A stretch of DNA of 64,000 nt, from positions 20,522,001 through 20,586,000 of the forward strand of contig OZ024765.1 in assembly GCA_964016885.1 (NCBI GenBank). The letters are read 5' to 3'. Positions within the stretch are counted from its first letter, which is position 1, and each line of letters opens with the position of its first letter. Source of the stretch: Eledone cirrhosa (lineage: Eukaryota). Positions 1 through 12,441 of the stretch are shown here, in pieces. A program made the translations under genes and the position numbers. Below the pieces are notes generated by a model that did not search any database, was not told the DNA's origin, and worked only from the letters and a program-made list of their open reading frames with translations.

Positions 1-339
1 ATTTTATGTTTACAATAAAAATAGACAAACAATTTAATGATAATATGAAATGAAATTATTATTATTTATTAATAATATTTTTATTGTTTTCACTGCATTA
101 ACTTCTGAGTGCGACTTTGTTTTTCTTATTATTTTCTACTGTAAATGGCGGCTTAATTGGATTATTACTAAGGTTTACTGGATTGTGGTGTTTCTTTATT
201 GTTTTATATTTCAATCAGTGGACGTCAGCTTGGCTTTCTATATACCTGGGATAAATGTAAAGAGTACTGACTTTCATCTGCAGTTCAATGGTGATGTCTT
301 CTTATATTTTCATTTACTTCTGCAATACTGTATATTGTA

Positions 340-815
340 GTCTTTTCATTATTTTAAATATTTCTATCATGTCACTCGTTTGATATATCTCCCCGAAAGA
401 TATAGTAACTTCGGAGCTTTACATTGGAATAGTGTACTACTATTTAAATATTAGTCCTTTAAATATATATTTCTATTATGCCCCCCCCCCCCTCCCTTAG
501 ATTTATCTTCTCTAAATTTGCAATCCCTAAAGTTTAACATCTTTCTTCAGAAGACAGATTTCTTAATAATTCTGGTGTTTTCTGTTTTGTTCTTTTCTGG
601 ATTCCTTCAATAGCTTCTCCGTATTTTCTGAAGTCGTCTGACCATGCCCCAAAACAATATTCTAGGTCGTATCACACATATCATTCAACTAGTGTTTTAG
701 ACCTCTCAACATTTAGCTAGGCAAAGGAATGTTTTATTATTCTTATCATCTGAATTCCTTTTTTTTCTTCAACATGTTTAGCCATCTTTAAAATCATATT
801 CATACATATTCACAA
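340..815 (-). pseudogene. Highly degenerate CR1/L2-type LINE reverse transcriptase C-terminal remnant (present in every array unit)
   Basis: The minus strand reads, with stops and frameshifts, HVEEK..QMIRIIKHSF..LEYCFGAWSDDFRKYGEAIEGIQKRTKQKTPELLRNLSSEER..LGIANLEK..SDMIEIFKIMK. This matches the CR1/L2 pattern LEYC..WSP..DI..LE.VQRRATK.IP.L..LSYEERL..LGL..LE.RRLRGDMIE.FKI. Confidence 0.8.
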
Positions 816-1807
816 TTCCTCGTGGAGGGGTATAAGAGACATGTATAAATATAGCTGCATATTACTACAAAATAACTTGAACCATATCGCGAAACATTTT
901 GTAAAGTATCTCTGTAATTATTCTCATTTCGATTTTCTGTAGAATGTATTGACGTTTAAGATAGAGACAATTGCCCTTCTTCTAATAATCTCTTTGTCCA
1001 TTCCATGTTTAGTCTCACAAAATATTGTTAATGCAAGACTTTGCTCTAATGTAATAAATGTTACTTTTAAAAGACCGAAGTTCTCAATTTTCTTCTTTCT
1101 CTTGTATATTGATATCTAAAGGATGACAAATGTATGAATTATGTGATAGGGAGGGGAAAAAAGCCACGACCTTCTTCTCTCGTTACAGAAGGCTAACTGA
1201 CAACGTCTTTCGCAGGAGTGACTAGTACTACTGCCTTTTATATACTGTGACAACTGGAAAGACGTGACAAATAAGGATACACTCTGCTCTCCTTGTCAAC
1301 ATTGTCCGAGTCTGTGGACCTTTCCTCCCTGGTTAAGGAGTGAGATAAAATATTAGGGATCAATCTCTAGCAATAATTTCATTAAATCATATTTAACCAG
1401 AGACTGTTATGTCGTGGTTGTTGCTATATTTTATAGTCGTGGTTTCAATGTTTAACAGGGGTTGTAGAATTAGCTTTATCTAATTATTATCAAACAAAAC
1501 AGATTTATATATTGTCGCCGTTGTACGTTAAAATCACATATATATTTATATACACACCAAGGATGGAGGGACGACGGAATTGAAAACCATTATTGCCGAG
1601 TACATCACGGCAAGATCTAATACACACACACACACACACTCTCCCGTATATATTTAATAATCAGCTATGACCATGAAGAAGGTCCCTGTAGATCACCTGG
1701 TTGTAGGATCTAATGAACCCGAAAGAACGTGAAAATATATTTTATGAAAGCCCCAGAAGAATAAATGTAAACATTGATCCGATTATAGTAGAAATAAGAA
1801 TGAGAAA

Positions 1808-1863
1808 GCCATGAACGCCAGCACATCTATTTTGCTTGGAAATTGAAAGTAGGTTTATAAATA
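1808..1863 (+). promoter_or_regulatory. Upstream conserved box (GCCATGAACGCCAGCACATC) plus GAAAGTAGGTTTATAAATA TATA element of tRNA-like gene 1
   Basis: The motif pair recurs with an identical 17 bp spacer in diverged copies at ~42414 (+), ~42768 (-), ~51267 (+) and ~54648 (+). TATAAATA is at 1856-1863. Promoter function is inferred. Confidence 0.55.
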
Positions 1864-1890
1864 TAAATTTTTTCTTATGTTCTTGTATCT

Positions 1891-1978
1891 GTTTCGTTGG
1901 CCTAATGGTAGGTGTTAGAGACTATGTAGACACTGATGTGGTGTTCAATCTCAGTCCGAATCTGTACTATATATTTTT
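1891..1978 (+). ncRNA. tRNA-like Pol III unit 1 (array copy 1)
   Basis: A box TGGCCTAATGG at 1898, B box GTTCAATC at 1943 (45 nt apart), T5 terminator at 1974-1978, TATA 42 bp before the A box. It does not form a valid cloverleaf. Confidence 0.6.
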
Positions 1979-2004
1979 AAATTTAAATTTTTCTCTAGTA
2001 AAGT

Positions 2005-2099
2005 AAAAAATGAAATTATTATCTATAGACTTTGACTGAAATCGAAACCCAGAGCAGGTTCTCCACCGTCTCTAATACCTACCATTAGGCCACGGAGGC
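2005..2099 (-). ncRNA. tRNA-like Pol III unit 2 (array copy 1), convergent with unit 1
   Basis: Minus strand GCCTCCG-TGGCCTAATGGTAGG-TATTAGAGACGGTGGAGAACCTGCTCTGGGTTTCGATTTCAG. TATA at 2133-2126, T6 at 2010-2005. Confidence 0.6.
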
Positions 2100-2164
2100 A
2101 TATATAAAAACAGTGTGAAAATTAATATTTATAAAGTTACTTTTTTATTTTTGTTTTATACTAT

Positions 2165-2252
2165 AAAAAATATAATACGACACACTGCCAGTGATTGAAC
2201 CCCGGACCTGGACCTCCACCGGCTCTTATACTTACCACTAGGCTAAAGGGAC
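2165..2252 (-). ncRNA. tRNA-like Pol III unit 3 (array copy 1)
   Basis: Minus strand GTCCCTT-TAGCCTAGTGGTAAG...GGGGTTCAATC. A box at 2245, B box at 2200 (45 nt), TATA at 2286-2279 (41 bp), T6 at 2170-2165. Confidence 0.6.
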
Positions 2253-2301
2253 GGTTACAGAAACTTGCTGAAAATTGATATTTATAAACCTACTTTTTCA
2301 T

Positions 2302-2476
2302 TACCAGAAAAAACCGGAAGTGGAGAAAATTGAAAAACATCTTCTTTTTCTTCCTCTGATTTCTTTTTATCCAAAATTTGGATTTAAGTCAGAGACGAGT
2401 TATCGTTCGTGGCAAAAATCAGAGGAAGAAAAAGAAAAAGTTTTTCAATTTTCTCCACTTCCGGTTTTTTCTAGTA
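2302..2476. repeat. Inverted repeat (~60 bp arms, ~55 bp spacer) between divergent units 3 and 4, each arm carrying CCGGAAGTG
   Basis: AGAAAAAACCGGAAGTGGAGAAAATTGAAAAACATCTTCTTTTTCTTCCTCTGATTT is mirrored by AAATCAGAGGAAGAAAAAGAAAAAGTTTTTCAATTTTCTCCACTTCCGGTTTTTTCT. It is present in all 8 full units. Confidence 0.92.
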
Positions 2477-2516
2477 TAGGTAAGTAAATATTAATTTTCA
2501 ATGTATTTTTGTAACC

Positions 2517-2589
2517 GTCCCTGTGGCCTAATGGTAAGCACTAGAGACGGTGGAGATCCTGATTTAGGGATCGATTTCCGTTAGGTTTT
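2517..2589 (+). ncRNA. tRNA-like Pol III unit 4 (array copy 1), divergent from unit 3
   Basis: GTCCCTG-TGGCCTAATGGTAAG-CACTAGAGACGGTGGAGATCCTGATTTAGG-G(A/T)TCGATTTCC. A box at 2524, B box at 2569 (45 nt), T4 at 2586-2589, degenerate TATA (AGTAAATA) 41 bp upstream. The B box is GTTCGA in copies 2-8. Confidence 0.6.
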
Positions 2590-3381
2590 ATACTAATAAC
2601 TGCGTATTTGTTGCTTTTATTAAGTAAGATTTGAACTAATAATGCTGTACGTTGTAGTAATGTCCCATATTATATTCAACATATTTTAATTAAAATGTTT
2701 TTTTTTTATAAAAGAAAGAACAAAAAACCTTATTGAAATTAAGAAATGAATTTTATTTTGTTTTCACTTCATTAACTGCTGAATACGTCTTTTGTTTTTG
2801 TTTTTGATTCTTTCTAACCATTGTTTACTGTGAATGGTGACTGCAACGAACCTGGATGATTGTATTATTTTGTTGTCAGTGGACATCTGGACATCTATCT
2901 AAATACCTGGAATAAACACAAGGTGTGTGTTTTACGTAACATTTCATTTTAATGTCTGATGTTCCTGTATTTCACATTTAAAATGTAACCAAAAATAAAC
3001 AAGACAGGGACGCTACATCAAAATAAACCACACAGACGAGGTACGAATAATCTAAAACTAATTTTAACAAACTATAAACGATGTTTAAAGAGAGACGAAC
3101 ATTAAAATAGGATTTCAAACAAACACGTAAACACAAAGACAATTACAGCCGCCATAATCTAATATCTGAAGATCAACATTTTTCACGATAGAAATAAAAC
3201 TAAATATGTAAAGTTTAGTGGCCCCTGATTTACTTGCTTTTAATTTCATTTTGATAATCTGTATTCTGTAGACATATATTTATGATTTTAATGATGAAAT
3301 TTCCTCTTGTCTTTAAAAGATTATTACTTATAAATATTATAATAGTCACCTCTTCCTCTCGATTAATATGTAGCTTACCCA

Positions 3382-3699
3382 CAGGGGTTCCTCAACTGGG
3401 CGGTTTCAACTGTTGGGTGGGCGATGAGCAGCTGAACAGAAAATTGAGGGCCATTGGAAACTTTGGTGGCCGATATAGAATGTTGAGATTTAAGAAGGTA
3501 TGCTACCCGAAAACCTATTCAAGGAATATATGCAAAGAACCTGAATAAAAATCAGGAAGCTAATTGGGAAAATTAAACCAGGAACAAACATTTACGAAAC
3601 ATATTTGGTATACTTTGGAATATTTACTATACAGGTGGCTGGTGGAACATTTTTTCATGTGAATGTGGGAAATGACGCCAAAATATTTGGCAACCCTTG
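3382..3699. mobile_element. hAT-type MITE (non-autonomous), one per array unit
   Basis: Termini are CAGGGGTTCCTCAA ... TTGGCAACCCTTG. The interior is the reverse-complement homologue of the TSD-flanked element at 51796-52383. Confidence 0.75.
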
Positions 3700-4364
3700 G
3701 CTTACACCTTACTAAATCTTCTGGAGACAAGCCTCTTAGCTATATATCATAGTTCTTCAATCCTTCATCTTCCACAGTTGGTGAAGTATTTCGATTTGAT
3801 ATGACGATCGCAGAGTTAGATTTAGGACGTGGTGGCGTTCATGGGTTTCTTAGTGTTGTTACTAGAAAGGGTCGACTCTGTCTTTCACACTTCAGGTTTT
3901 TTTCATGAATTAAATATCCATTTTCTTTCTGATCGGTCTAACAATGATTCGAACCTACAATGACTCCGTCTGTAATAATGTTCTCGTATTTGAAATATGT
4001 CATACCTAACTCCCGTGTCTGTGTGTGTGAAAAATATTCCAACTTAGAGCGACGTGCCCGTAAATTGTTTAGCCTGATTCCTATATATAGATAATGTGTA
4101 ATATTTGAAACTTCATGGAGGGTCTTTGCCGTAATTTCCCGTAACTCCGACTAGAAGTCATTATGTAGTTTTTTCGTCCGTTAAAAATAATGATTAAAAC
4201 AATTCTATATCCACAGTTATATACACCTCTTCATCACATATTATATTATTTCCACCAATAACTACATTATATCCTTAAATATGACACCAAGACATATAAT
4301 TTGTAAATAAAAGATAAAATATTAAAACCTCAATTTTTAAATAATTTTACCCCACCTTTGTATT

Positions 4365-4495
4365 CTCAGTGTTTAGATTAACCCATAATTTTATGATTTT
4401 GGAGCATATAACTTATAGTACCAGTCATGTACTGGGATCAATTTAACGGATTGGTTCCTCCCCGCAAATTACTTGACTTTTGCCTAAGTAAGACA
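4365..4495 (+). mobile_element. Degenerate SINE body/3' part, one per array unit
   Basis: AGTACCAGTCATGTACTGGGATCAATTTAAC...CCCCGCAAATTACTTGACTTTTGCCTA aligns by eye to AGTACCAGTCACACACTGGGGTCGATTTAAT...CCCCAAAATTGCTGGCCTTGTGCCTA of the SINE at 61567-61790. Confidence 0.65.
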
Positions 4496-6349
4496 TACTC
4501 ACAGAATGTATCGATGTACATGTATGAATGTATATATATATATATATATTAGTATATTTTATGTTTACAATAAAAATAGACAAACAATTTAATGATAATA
4601 TGAAATGAAATTATTATTATTTATTAATAATATTTTTATTGTTTTCACTGCATTAACTTCTGAGTGCGACTTTGTTTTTCTTATTATCTTCTACTGTAAA
4701 TGGCGGCTTAATTGGATTATTACTAACGTTTACTGGATTGTGGTGTTTCTTTATTGTTTTATATTTCAATCAGTGGACATCAGGATAGCTTTCTATATAC
4801 CTGGGATAAATGTAAAGAGTACTGACTTTCATCTGCAGTTCAATGGTGATGTCTTATATTTTCATTTACTTCTGCAATACTGTATATTGTAGTCTTTTCA
4901 TTATTTTAAATATTTCTATCATGTCACTCGTTTGATATATCTCCCCGAAAGATATAGTTATTCAGAGCTTTACATTGGAATAGTGTACTACTATTTAAAT
5001 ATTAGTCCTTTAAATATATATTTCTATCATGTCCCCCCCACCCTCTTAGATTTATCTCCTCTAAATTTGCAATCCCTAAAGTTTAACATCTTTCTTCAGA
5101 AGACGATTTCATAATAATTCTGGTGTTTTCTGTTTTGTTCTTTTCTGGATTCCTTCAATAGCTTCTCCGTATTTTCTGAAGTCGTCTGACCATGCCCCAA
5201 AACAATATTCTAGGTCGTATCACATATCATTCAACTAGTGTTTTAGACCTCTCGACATTTAGCTAGGCAAAGGAATGTATTATTATTCCTATCATCTGAA
5301 TTCCTTTTTTCTCTTCAACATGTTTAGCCATCTTTAAAATCATATTCATACATATTCACAATTCCTCGTGGAGGGGTATAAGAGACATGTATAAATATAG
5401 CTGCATATTACTACAAAATAACTTGAACCATATCGCGAAACATTTTGTAAATTATCTCTGTAATTATTCTCATTTCGATTTTCTGTAGAATGTATTGACG
5501 TTTAAGATAGAGACAATTGCCCTTCTAATAATCTCTTTGTCCATTCCATGTTTAGTCTCACAAAATATTGTTAATGCAAGATTTTGTTCTAATGTAATAA
5601 ATGTTACTTTTAAAAGACCGAAGTTCTCAATTTTCTTCTTTCTCTTGTATATTGATATCTAAAGGATGACAAATGTATGAATTATGTGATAGGGAGGAAA
5701 AAAAGCCACGACCTTCTTCTCTCGTTACAGAAGGCTAACTGACAACGTCTTTCGCAGGAGTGACTAGTACTACTGCCTTTTATATATCGTGACAACTGGA
5801 AAGACGTGACAAATAAGGATACACTCTGCTCTCCTTATTAACATTGTCCGAGTCTGAGGACCTTTCCTCCCTGGTTAAGGAGTGAGATAAAATATTAGGG
5901 ATCAATCTCTAGCAATAATTTCATTAAATCATATTTAACCAGAGACTGTTATGTCGTGGTTGTTGCTATATTTTATAGTCGTGGTTTCAATGTTTAACAG
6001 GGGTTGTAGAATTAGCTTTATCTACTTATTATCAAACAAAACAGATTTATATATTGTCGCCGTTGTACGTTAAAATCACATATATATTTACATACACACC
6101 AAGGATGGAGGGACGACGGAATTGAAAAGCATTATTGCTGAGTACATCACGGCAAGATCTAATACACACACACACACACACTCTCCCGTATATATTTAAT
6201 AATCAGCTATGACCATGAAGAAGGTCCCTGTAGATCATCTGGTTGTAGGATCTAATGAACCCGAAAGAAAGTGAAAATATATTTTATGAAAGCCCCAGAA
6301 GAATAAATGTAAACATTGACCCGATTATAGTAGAAATAAGAATGAGAAA

Positions 6350-7131
6350 GCCATGAACGCCAGCACATCTATTTTGCTTGGAAATTGAAAGTAGGTTTAT
6401 AAATATAAATTTTTTCTTATGTTCTTGTATCTGTTTCGTTGGCCTAATGGTAGGTGTTAGAGACTATGTAGACACTGATGTGGTGTTCAATCTCAGTCGG
6501 AATCTGTACTATATATTTTTAAATTTAAATTTTTCTCTAGTAAAGTAAAAAATAAAATTATTATCTATAGACTTTGACTGAAATCGAAACCCAGAGCAGG
6601 TTCTCCACCGTCTCTAATACCTACCATTAGGCCACGGAGGCAAATATAAAAACAGTGTGAAAATTAATATTTATAAAGTTACTTTTTTATTTTTGTTTTA
6701 TACTATAAAAAATATAATACGACACACTGCCAGTGATTGAACCCCGCACCTGGACCTCCACCGGCTCTTATACTTACCACTAGACTAAAGGGACGGTTAC
6801 GGAAACTTACTGAAAATTGATATTTATAAACCTACTTTTTCATTACTAGAAAAAACCGGAAGTGGAGAAAATTGAAAAACATCTTCTTTTTCTCCCTCTG
6901 ATTTTTTTTTATCCAAAATTTGGATTTAAGTCAGAGACGAGTTATCGTTCGTGGCAAAAATCAGAGGAAGAAAAAGAAAAAGTTTTTCAATTTTCTCCAC
7001 TTCCGGCTTTTTCTAGTATAGGTAAGTAAATATTAATTTTCAATGCATTTTTCTAACCGTCCCTGTGGCCTAATGGTAAGCACTAGAGACGGTGGAGATC
7101 CTGATTTAGGGTTCGATTTCCGTTAGGTTTT
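6350..7131. ncRNA. Four-unit tRNA-like cassette, array copy 2
   Basis: Near-identical to 1808-2589 (same A/B boxes, TATA elements and central inverted repeat). Confidence 0.6.
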
Positions 7132-10100
7132 ATACTAATAACTGCGTATTTGTTGCTTTTATTAAGTAAGATTTGAACTAATAATGCTGTACTTTGTAGT
7201 AATGTCCCATATTATATTCAACATATTTTAAATAAAACTTTTTTTTTTTATAAAAGAAAGAACAAAAAACCTTATTGAAATTAAGAAATGAATTTTATTC
7301 AGTAAAGTTGTTTTTATTTTGTTTTCACTTCATTAACTGCTGAATACGTCTTTTGTTTTTGTTTTTGATTCTTTCTAACCATTGTTTACTGTGAATGGTG
7401 ACTGCAACGAACCTGGATTATTACCAAGTTTCACTGGATGATTGTATTATTTTGTTGTCAGTGGACATCTGGACATCTATCTAAATACCTGGAATAAACA
7501 CAAGGTGTGTGTTTTACGTAACATTTCATTTTAATGTCTGATGTTCCTGTATTTCACATTTAAAATGTAACCAAAAATAAACAAGACAGGGACGCTACAT
7601 CAAAATAAACCACACAGACGAGGTACGAATAATCTAAAATTAATTTTAACAAACTATAAACGATGTTTAAAGAGAGATGAACATTAAAATAGGATTTCAA
7701 ACAAACACGTAAACACAAAGACAATTACAGCCTCCATAATCTAATATCTGAAGATCAACATTTTTCACGATAGAAATAAAACTAAATATGTAAAGTTTAG
7801 TGGCCCCTGATTTACTTGCTTTTAATTTCATTTTGATAATCTGTATTCTGTAGACATATATTTATGATTTTAATGATGAAATTTCCTCTTGTCTTTAAAA
7901 GATTATTACTTATAAAAATTATAATAGTCACCTCCTCCTCTCGATTAATATGTAGCTTACCCACAGGGGTTCCTCAACTGGGCGGTTTCAACTGTTGGGT
8001 GGGCGATGAGCAGCTGAACAGAAAATTGAGGGCCATTGGAAACTTTGGTGGCCGATATAGAATTTTGAGATTTAAGAAGGTATGCTACCCGAAAACCTAT
8101 TCAAGGAATATATGCAAAGAACCTGAATAAAAATCAGGAAGCTAATTGGGAAAATTAAACCAGGAACAAACATTTACGAAACATATTTGGTATACTTTGG
8201 AATATTTACTATACAGGTGGCTGGTGGAACATCTTTTCATGTGAATGTGGGAAATGACGCCAAAATATTTGGCAACCCTTGGCCTACACCTTACTAAATG
8301 TTCTGGAGACAAGCCTCTTAGCTATATATCATAGTTCTTCAATCCTTCATCTTCCACAGTTGGTGAAGTATTTCGATTTGATATGACGATCGCAGAGTTA
8401 GATTTAGGACGTGGTGGCGTTCATCGGTTTCTTAGTGTTGTTACTAGAAAGGGTCGACTCTGTCTTTCACACTTCAGGTTTTTTCATGAATTAAATATCC
8501 ATTTTCTTTCTGATCGGTCTAACAATGATTTGAACCTACAATGACTCCGTCTGTAATAACGTTCTCTTATTTGAAATAATACATACCTAACTCCCGTGTC
8601 TGTGTGTGTGAAAAATATTCCAACTTAGAGCGACGTGCCCGTAAATTGTTTAGCCTGATTCCTATATATAGATAATGTGTAATATTTGAACCTTCATGGA
8701 GGGTCTTTGCCGTAATTTCCCGTAACTCCGACTAGAATTCATTATGTAGTTTTTTCGTCCGTTAAAAATAATAATTAAAACAGTTCTATATCCACAGTTA
8801 TATACACCTCTTCATCACATATTATATTATTTCCACCAATAACTACATTATATCCTTAAATATGACACCAAGACATATAATTTGTAAATAAAAGATAAAA
8901 TATTAAAACCTCAATTTTTAAATAATTTTACCCCACCTTTGTGTTCAGGTTAACCCATAATTTTATGATTTTGGAGCATATAACTTATAGTACCAGTCAT
9001 GTACTGGGATCAATTTAACGGATTGGTTCCTCCCCGCAAATTACTTGACTTTTGCCTAAGTAAGACATACTCACAGAATGTATCGATGTACATGTATGAA
9101 TGTATATATATATATAAGTATATTTTATGTTTACAATAAAAATAGACAAACAATTTAATGATAATATGAAATGAAATTATTATTATTTATTAATAATATT
9201 TTTATTGTTTTCACTGCATTAACTTCTGAGTGCGACTTTGTTTTTCTTATTATTTTCTACTGTAAATGGCGGCTTAATTGGATTATTACTAAGGTTTACT
9301 GGATTGTGGTGTTTCTTTATTGTTTTATATTTCAATCAGTGGACGTCAGCATAGCTTTCTATATACCTGGGATAAATGTAAAGAGTACTGACTTTCATCT
9401 GCAGTTCAATGGTGATGTCTTCTTATATTTTCATTTACTTCTGCAATACTGTATATTGTAGTCTTTTCATTATTTTAAATATTTCTATCATGTCACTCGT
9501 TTGATATATCTCCCCGAAAGATATAGTTATTCAGAGCTTTACATTGGAATAGTGTACTACTATTTAAATATTAGTCCTTTAAATATATATTTCTATCATG
9601 TACCCCCCCCCTCTTAGATTTATCTCCTCTAAATTTGCAATCCCTAAAGTTTAACATCTTTCTTCAGAAGACAGATTTCTTAATAATTCTGGTGTTTTCT
9701 GTTTTGTTCTTTTCTGGATTCCTTTAATAGCTTCTCCGTATTTTTTGAAGTCGTCTGACCATGCCCCAAAACAATATTCTAGGTCGTATCACACATATCA
9801 TTCAACTAGTGTTTTAGACCTCTCGACATTTAGCTAGGCAAAGGAATGTTTTATTATTCCTATCATCTGAATTCCTTTTTTTTCTTCAACATGTTTAGCC
9901 ATCTTTAAAATCATATTCATACATATTCACAATTCCTCGTGGAGGGGTATAAGAGACATGTATAAATATAGCTGCATATTACTACAAAATAACTTGAACC
10001 GTATCGCGAAACATTTTGTAAAGTATCTCTGTAATTATTCTCCTTTCGATTTTCTGACGTTTAAGATAGAGACAATTGCCCTTCTGCTAATAATCTCTTT

Positions 10101-10920
10101 GTCCATTCCATGTTTAGTCTCACAAAATATTGTTAATGTAAGATTTTGCTCTAATGTAATAAATGTTACTTTTAAAAGACCGAAGTTCTCAATTTTCTTC
10201 TTTCTCTTGTATATTGATATCTAAAGGATGACAAATGTATGAATTATGTTATAGGGAGGGAAAAAAAGCCACGACCTTCTTCTCTCGTTACAGAAGGCTA
10301 ACTGACAACGTCTTTCGCAGGAGTGACTAGTACTACTGCCTTTTATATACCGTGACAACTGGAAAGACGTGACAAATAAGGATACACTCTGCTCTCCTTA
10401 TCAACATTGTCCGAGTCTGAGGACCTTTCCTCCCTGGTTAAGGAGTGAGATAAAATATTAGGGATCAATCTCTAGCAATAATTTCATTAAATCATATTTA
10501 ACCAGAGACTGTTATGTCGTGGTTGTTGCTATATTTTATAGTCGTGGTTTCAATGTTTAACAGGGGTTGTAGAATTAGCTTTATCTAATTATTATCAAAC
10601 AAAACAGATTTATATATTGTCGCCGTTGTACGTTAAAATCACATATATATTTATATACACACCAAGGATGGAGGGACGACGGAATTGAAAACGATTATTG
10701 CTGAGTACATCACGGCAAGATCTAATACACACACACACACACACACACACACTCTCCCGTATATATTTAATAATCACCTATGACCATGAAGAAGGTCCCT
10801 GTAGATCATCTGGTTGTAGGATCTAATGAACCCGAAAGAAAGTGAAAATATATTTTATGAAAGCCCCAGAAGAATAAATGTAAACATTGACCCGATTATA
10901 GTAGAAATAACAATGAGAAA

Positions 10921-11702
10921 GCCATGAACGCCAGCACATCTATTTTGCTTGGAAACTGAAAGTAGGTTTATAAATATAAATTTTTTCTTATGTTCTTGTA
11001 TCTGTTTCGTTGGCCTAATGGTAGGTGTTAGAGACTATGTAGACACTGATGTGGTGTTCAATCTCAGTCCGAATCTGCACTATATATTTTTAAATTAAAA
11101 TTTGTCTCTAGTAAATTAAAAAATGAAATTATTATCTATAGACTTTGACTAAAATCGAAACCCAGAGCAGGTTCTCCACCGTCTCTAATACCTACCATTA
11201 GGCCACGGAAACAGATACAAAAACAGTGTGAAAATTAATATTTATAAAGTTACTGTTTTATTTTTGTTTTATACTATAAAAACTATAATACGACACACTG
11301 CCAGTGATCGAACCCTGGACCTGGACCTCCACCAGCTCTTATACTTACCACTAGGCTAAAGGGACGGTTACGGAAACTTACTGAAAATTGATATTTATAA
11401 ACCTACTTTTTCATTACTAGAAAAAACCGGAAGTGGAGAAAATTGAAAAACATCTTCTTTTTCTTCCTCTGATTTTTTTTTATCCAAAATTTGGATTTAA
11501 GTCAGAGACGAGTTATCGTTCGTGGCAAAAATCAGAGGAAGAAAAAGAAAAAGTTTTTTAATTTTCTCCACTTCCGGTATTTTCTAGTATAGGTAAGTAA
11601 ATATTAATTTTCAATGCATTTTTCTAACCGTCCCTGTGGCCTAATGGTAAGCACTAGAGACGGTGGAGATCCTGATTTAGGGTTCGATTTCCGTTAGGTT
11701 TT
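10921..11702. ncRNA. Four-unit tRNA-like cassette, array copy 3
   Basis: Near-identical to 1808-2589. Confidence 0.6.
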
Positions 11703-12336
11703 ATACTAATAACTGCGTATTTGTTGCTTTTATTAAGTAAGATTTGAACTAATAATGCTGTACTTTGTAGTAATGTCCCATATTATATTCAACATATTTT
11801 AAATAAAACTTTTTTTTTTTATAAAAGAAAGAACAAAAAACCTTATTGAAATTAAGAAATGAATTTTATTCAGTAAAGTTGTTTTTATTTTGTTTTCACT
11901 TCATTAACTGCTGAATACGTCTTTTGTTTTTGTTTTTGATTCTTTCTAACCATTGTTTACTGTGAATGGTGACTGCAACGAACCTGGATTATTACCAAGT
12001 TTCACTGGATGATTGTATTATTTTGTTGTCAGTGGACATCTGGACATCTATCTAAATACCTGGAATAAACACAAGGTGTGTGTTTTACGTAACGTTTCAT
12101 TTTAATGTCTGATGTTCCTGTATTTCACATTTAAAATGTAACCAAAAATAAACAAGACAGGGACGCTACATCAAAATAAACCACACAGACGAGGTACGAA
12201 TAATCTAAAATTAATTTTAACAAACTATAAACGATGTTTAAAGAGAGACGAACATTAAAATAGGATTTCAAACAAACACGTAAACACAAAGACAATTACA
12301 GCCGCCATAATCTAATATCTGAAGATCAACATTTTT

Positions 12337-12441
12337 AGGGTTCGATTTCCGTTAGGTTTTATACTAATAACTGCGTATTTGTTGCTTTTATTAAGTAAGA
12401 TTTGAACTAATAATGCTGTACTTTGTAGTAATGTCCCATAT
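12337..12441 (+). repeat. ~105 bp templated insertion unique to copy 3
   Basis: Copy of ~11676-11785 (AGGGTTCGATTTCCGTTAGG...GTCCCATAT) replacing the CACGA found at this site in the other copies. Confidence 0.92.

Noticed and set aside
50-340. Recurrent 95-108 aa hydrophobic ORF (MKLLLFINN...) in every array unit
   Set aside because: F/I/L/Y-rich translation of T-rich DNA with no recognisable domain. The stop position varies between copies and the ORF is not preserved in the diverged paralogues. Recurrence only reflects recent duplication.
1891-2589. Calling the four units functional tRNA-His(GTG) or tRNA-Arg genes
   Set aside because: No U33, anticodon stem at most 3 of 5 pairs, broken acceptor and T stems, and a short D loop. 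Only the promoter boxes and their spacing are tRNA-like.
3165-3200. CTGAAGA...GAAA hammerhead-like words in the array unit
   Set aside because: No pairing stems I-III around the core words.
3282-3548. Recurrent 88 aa ORF (MILMMKFP...)
   Set aside because: It spans the junction into a non-coding hAT MITE. The homologous MITE at 51796-52383 is disrupted and no domain is recognisable.
3760-3815. Minus-strand LCDRHIKSKYF, faintly THAP-like
   Set aside because: Too short, followed by a stop, and lacking the other THAP residues.
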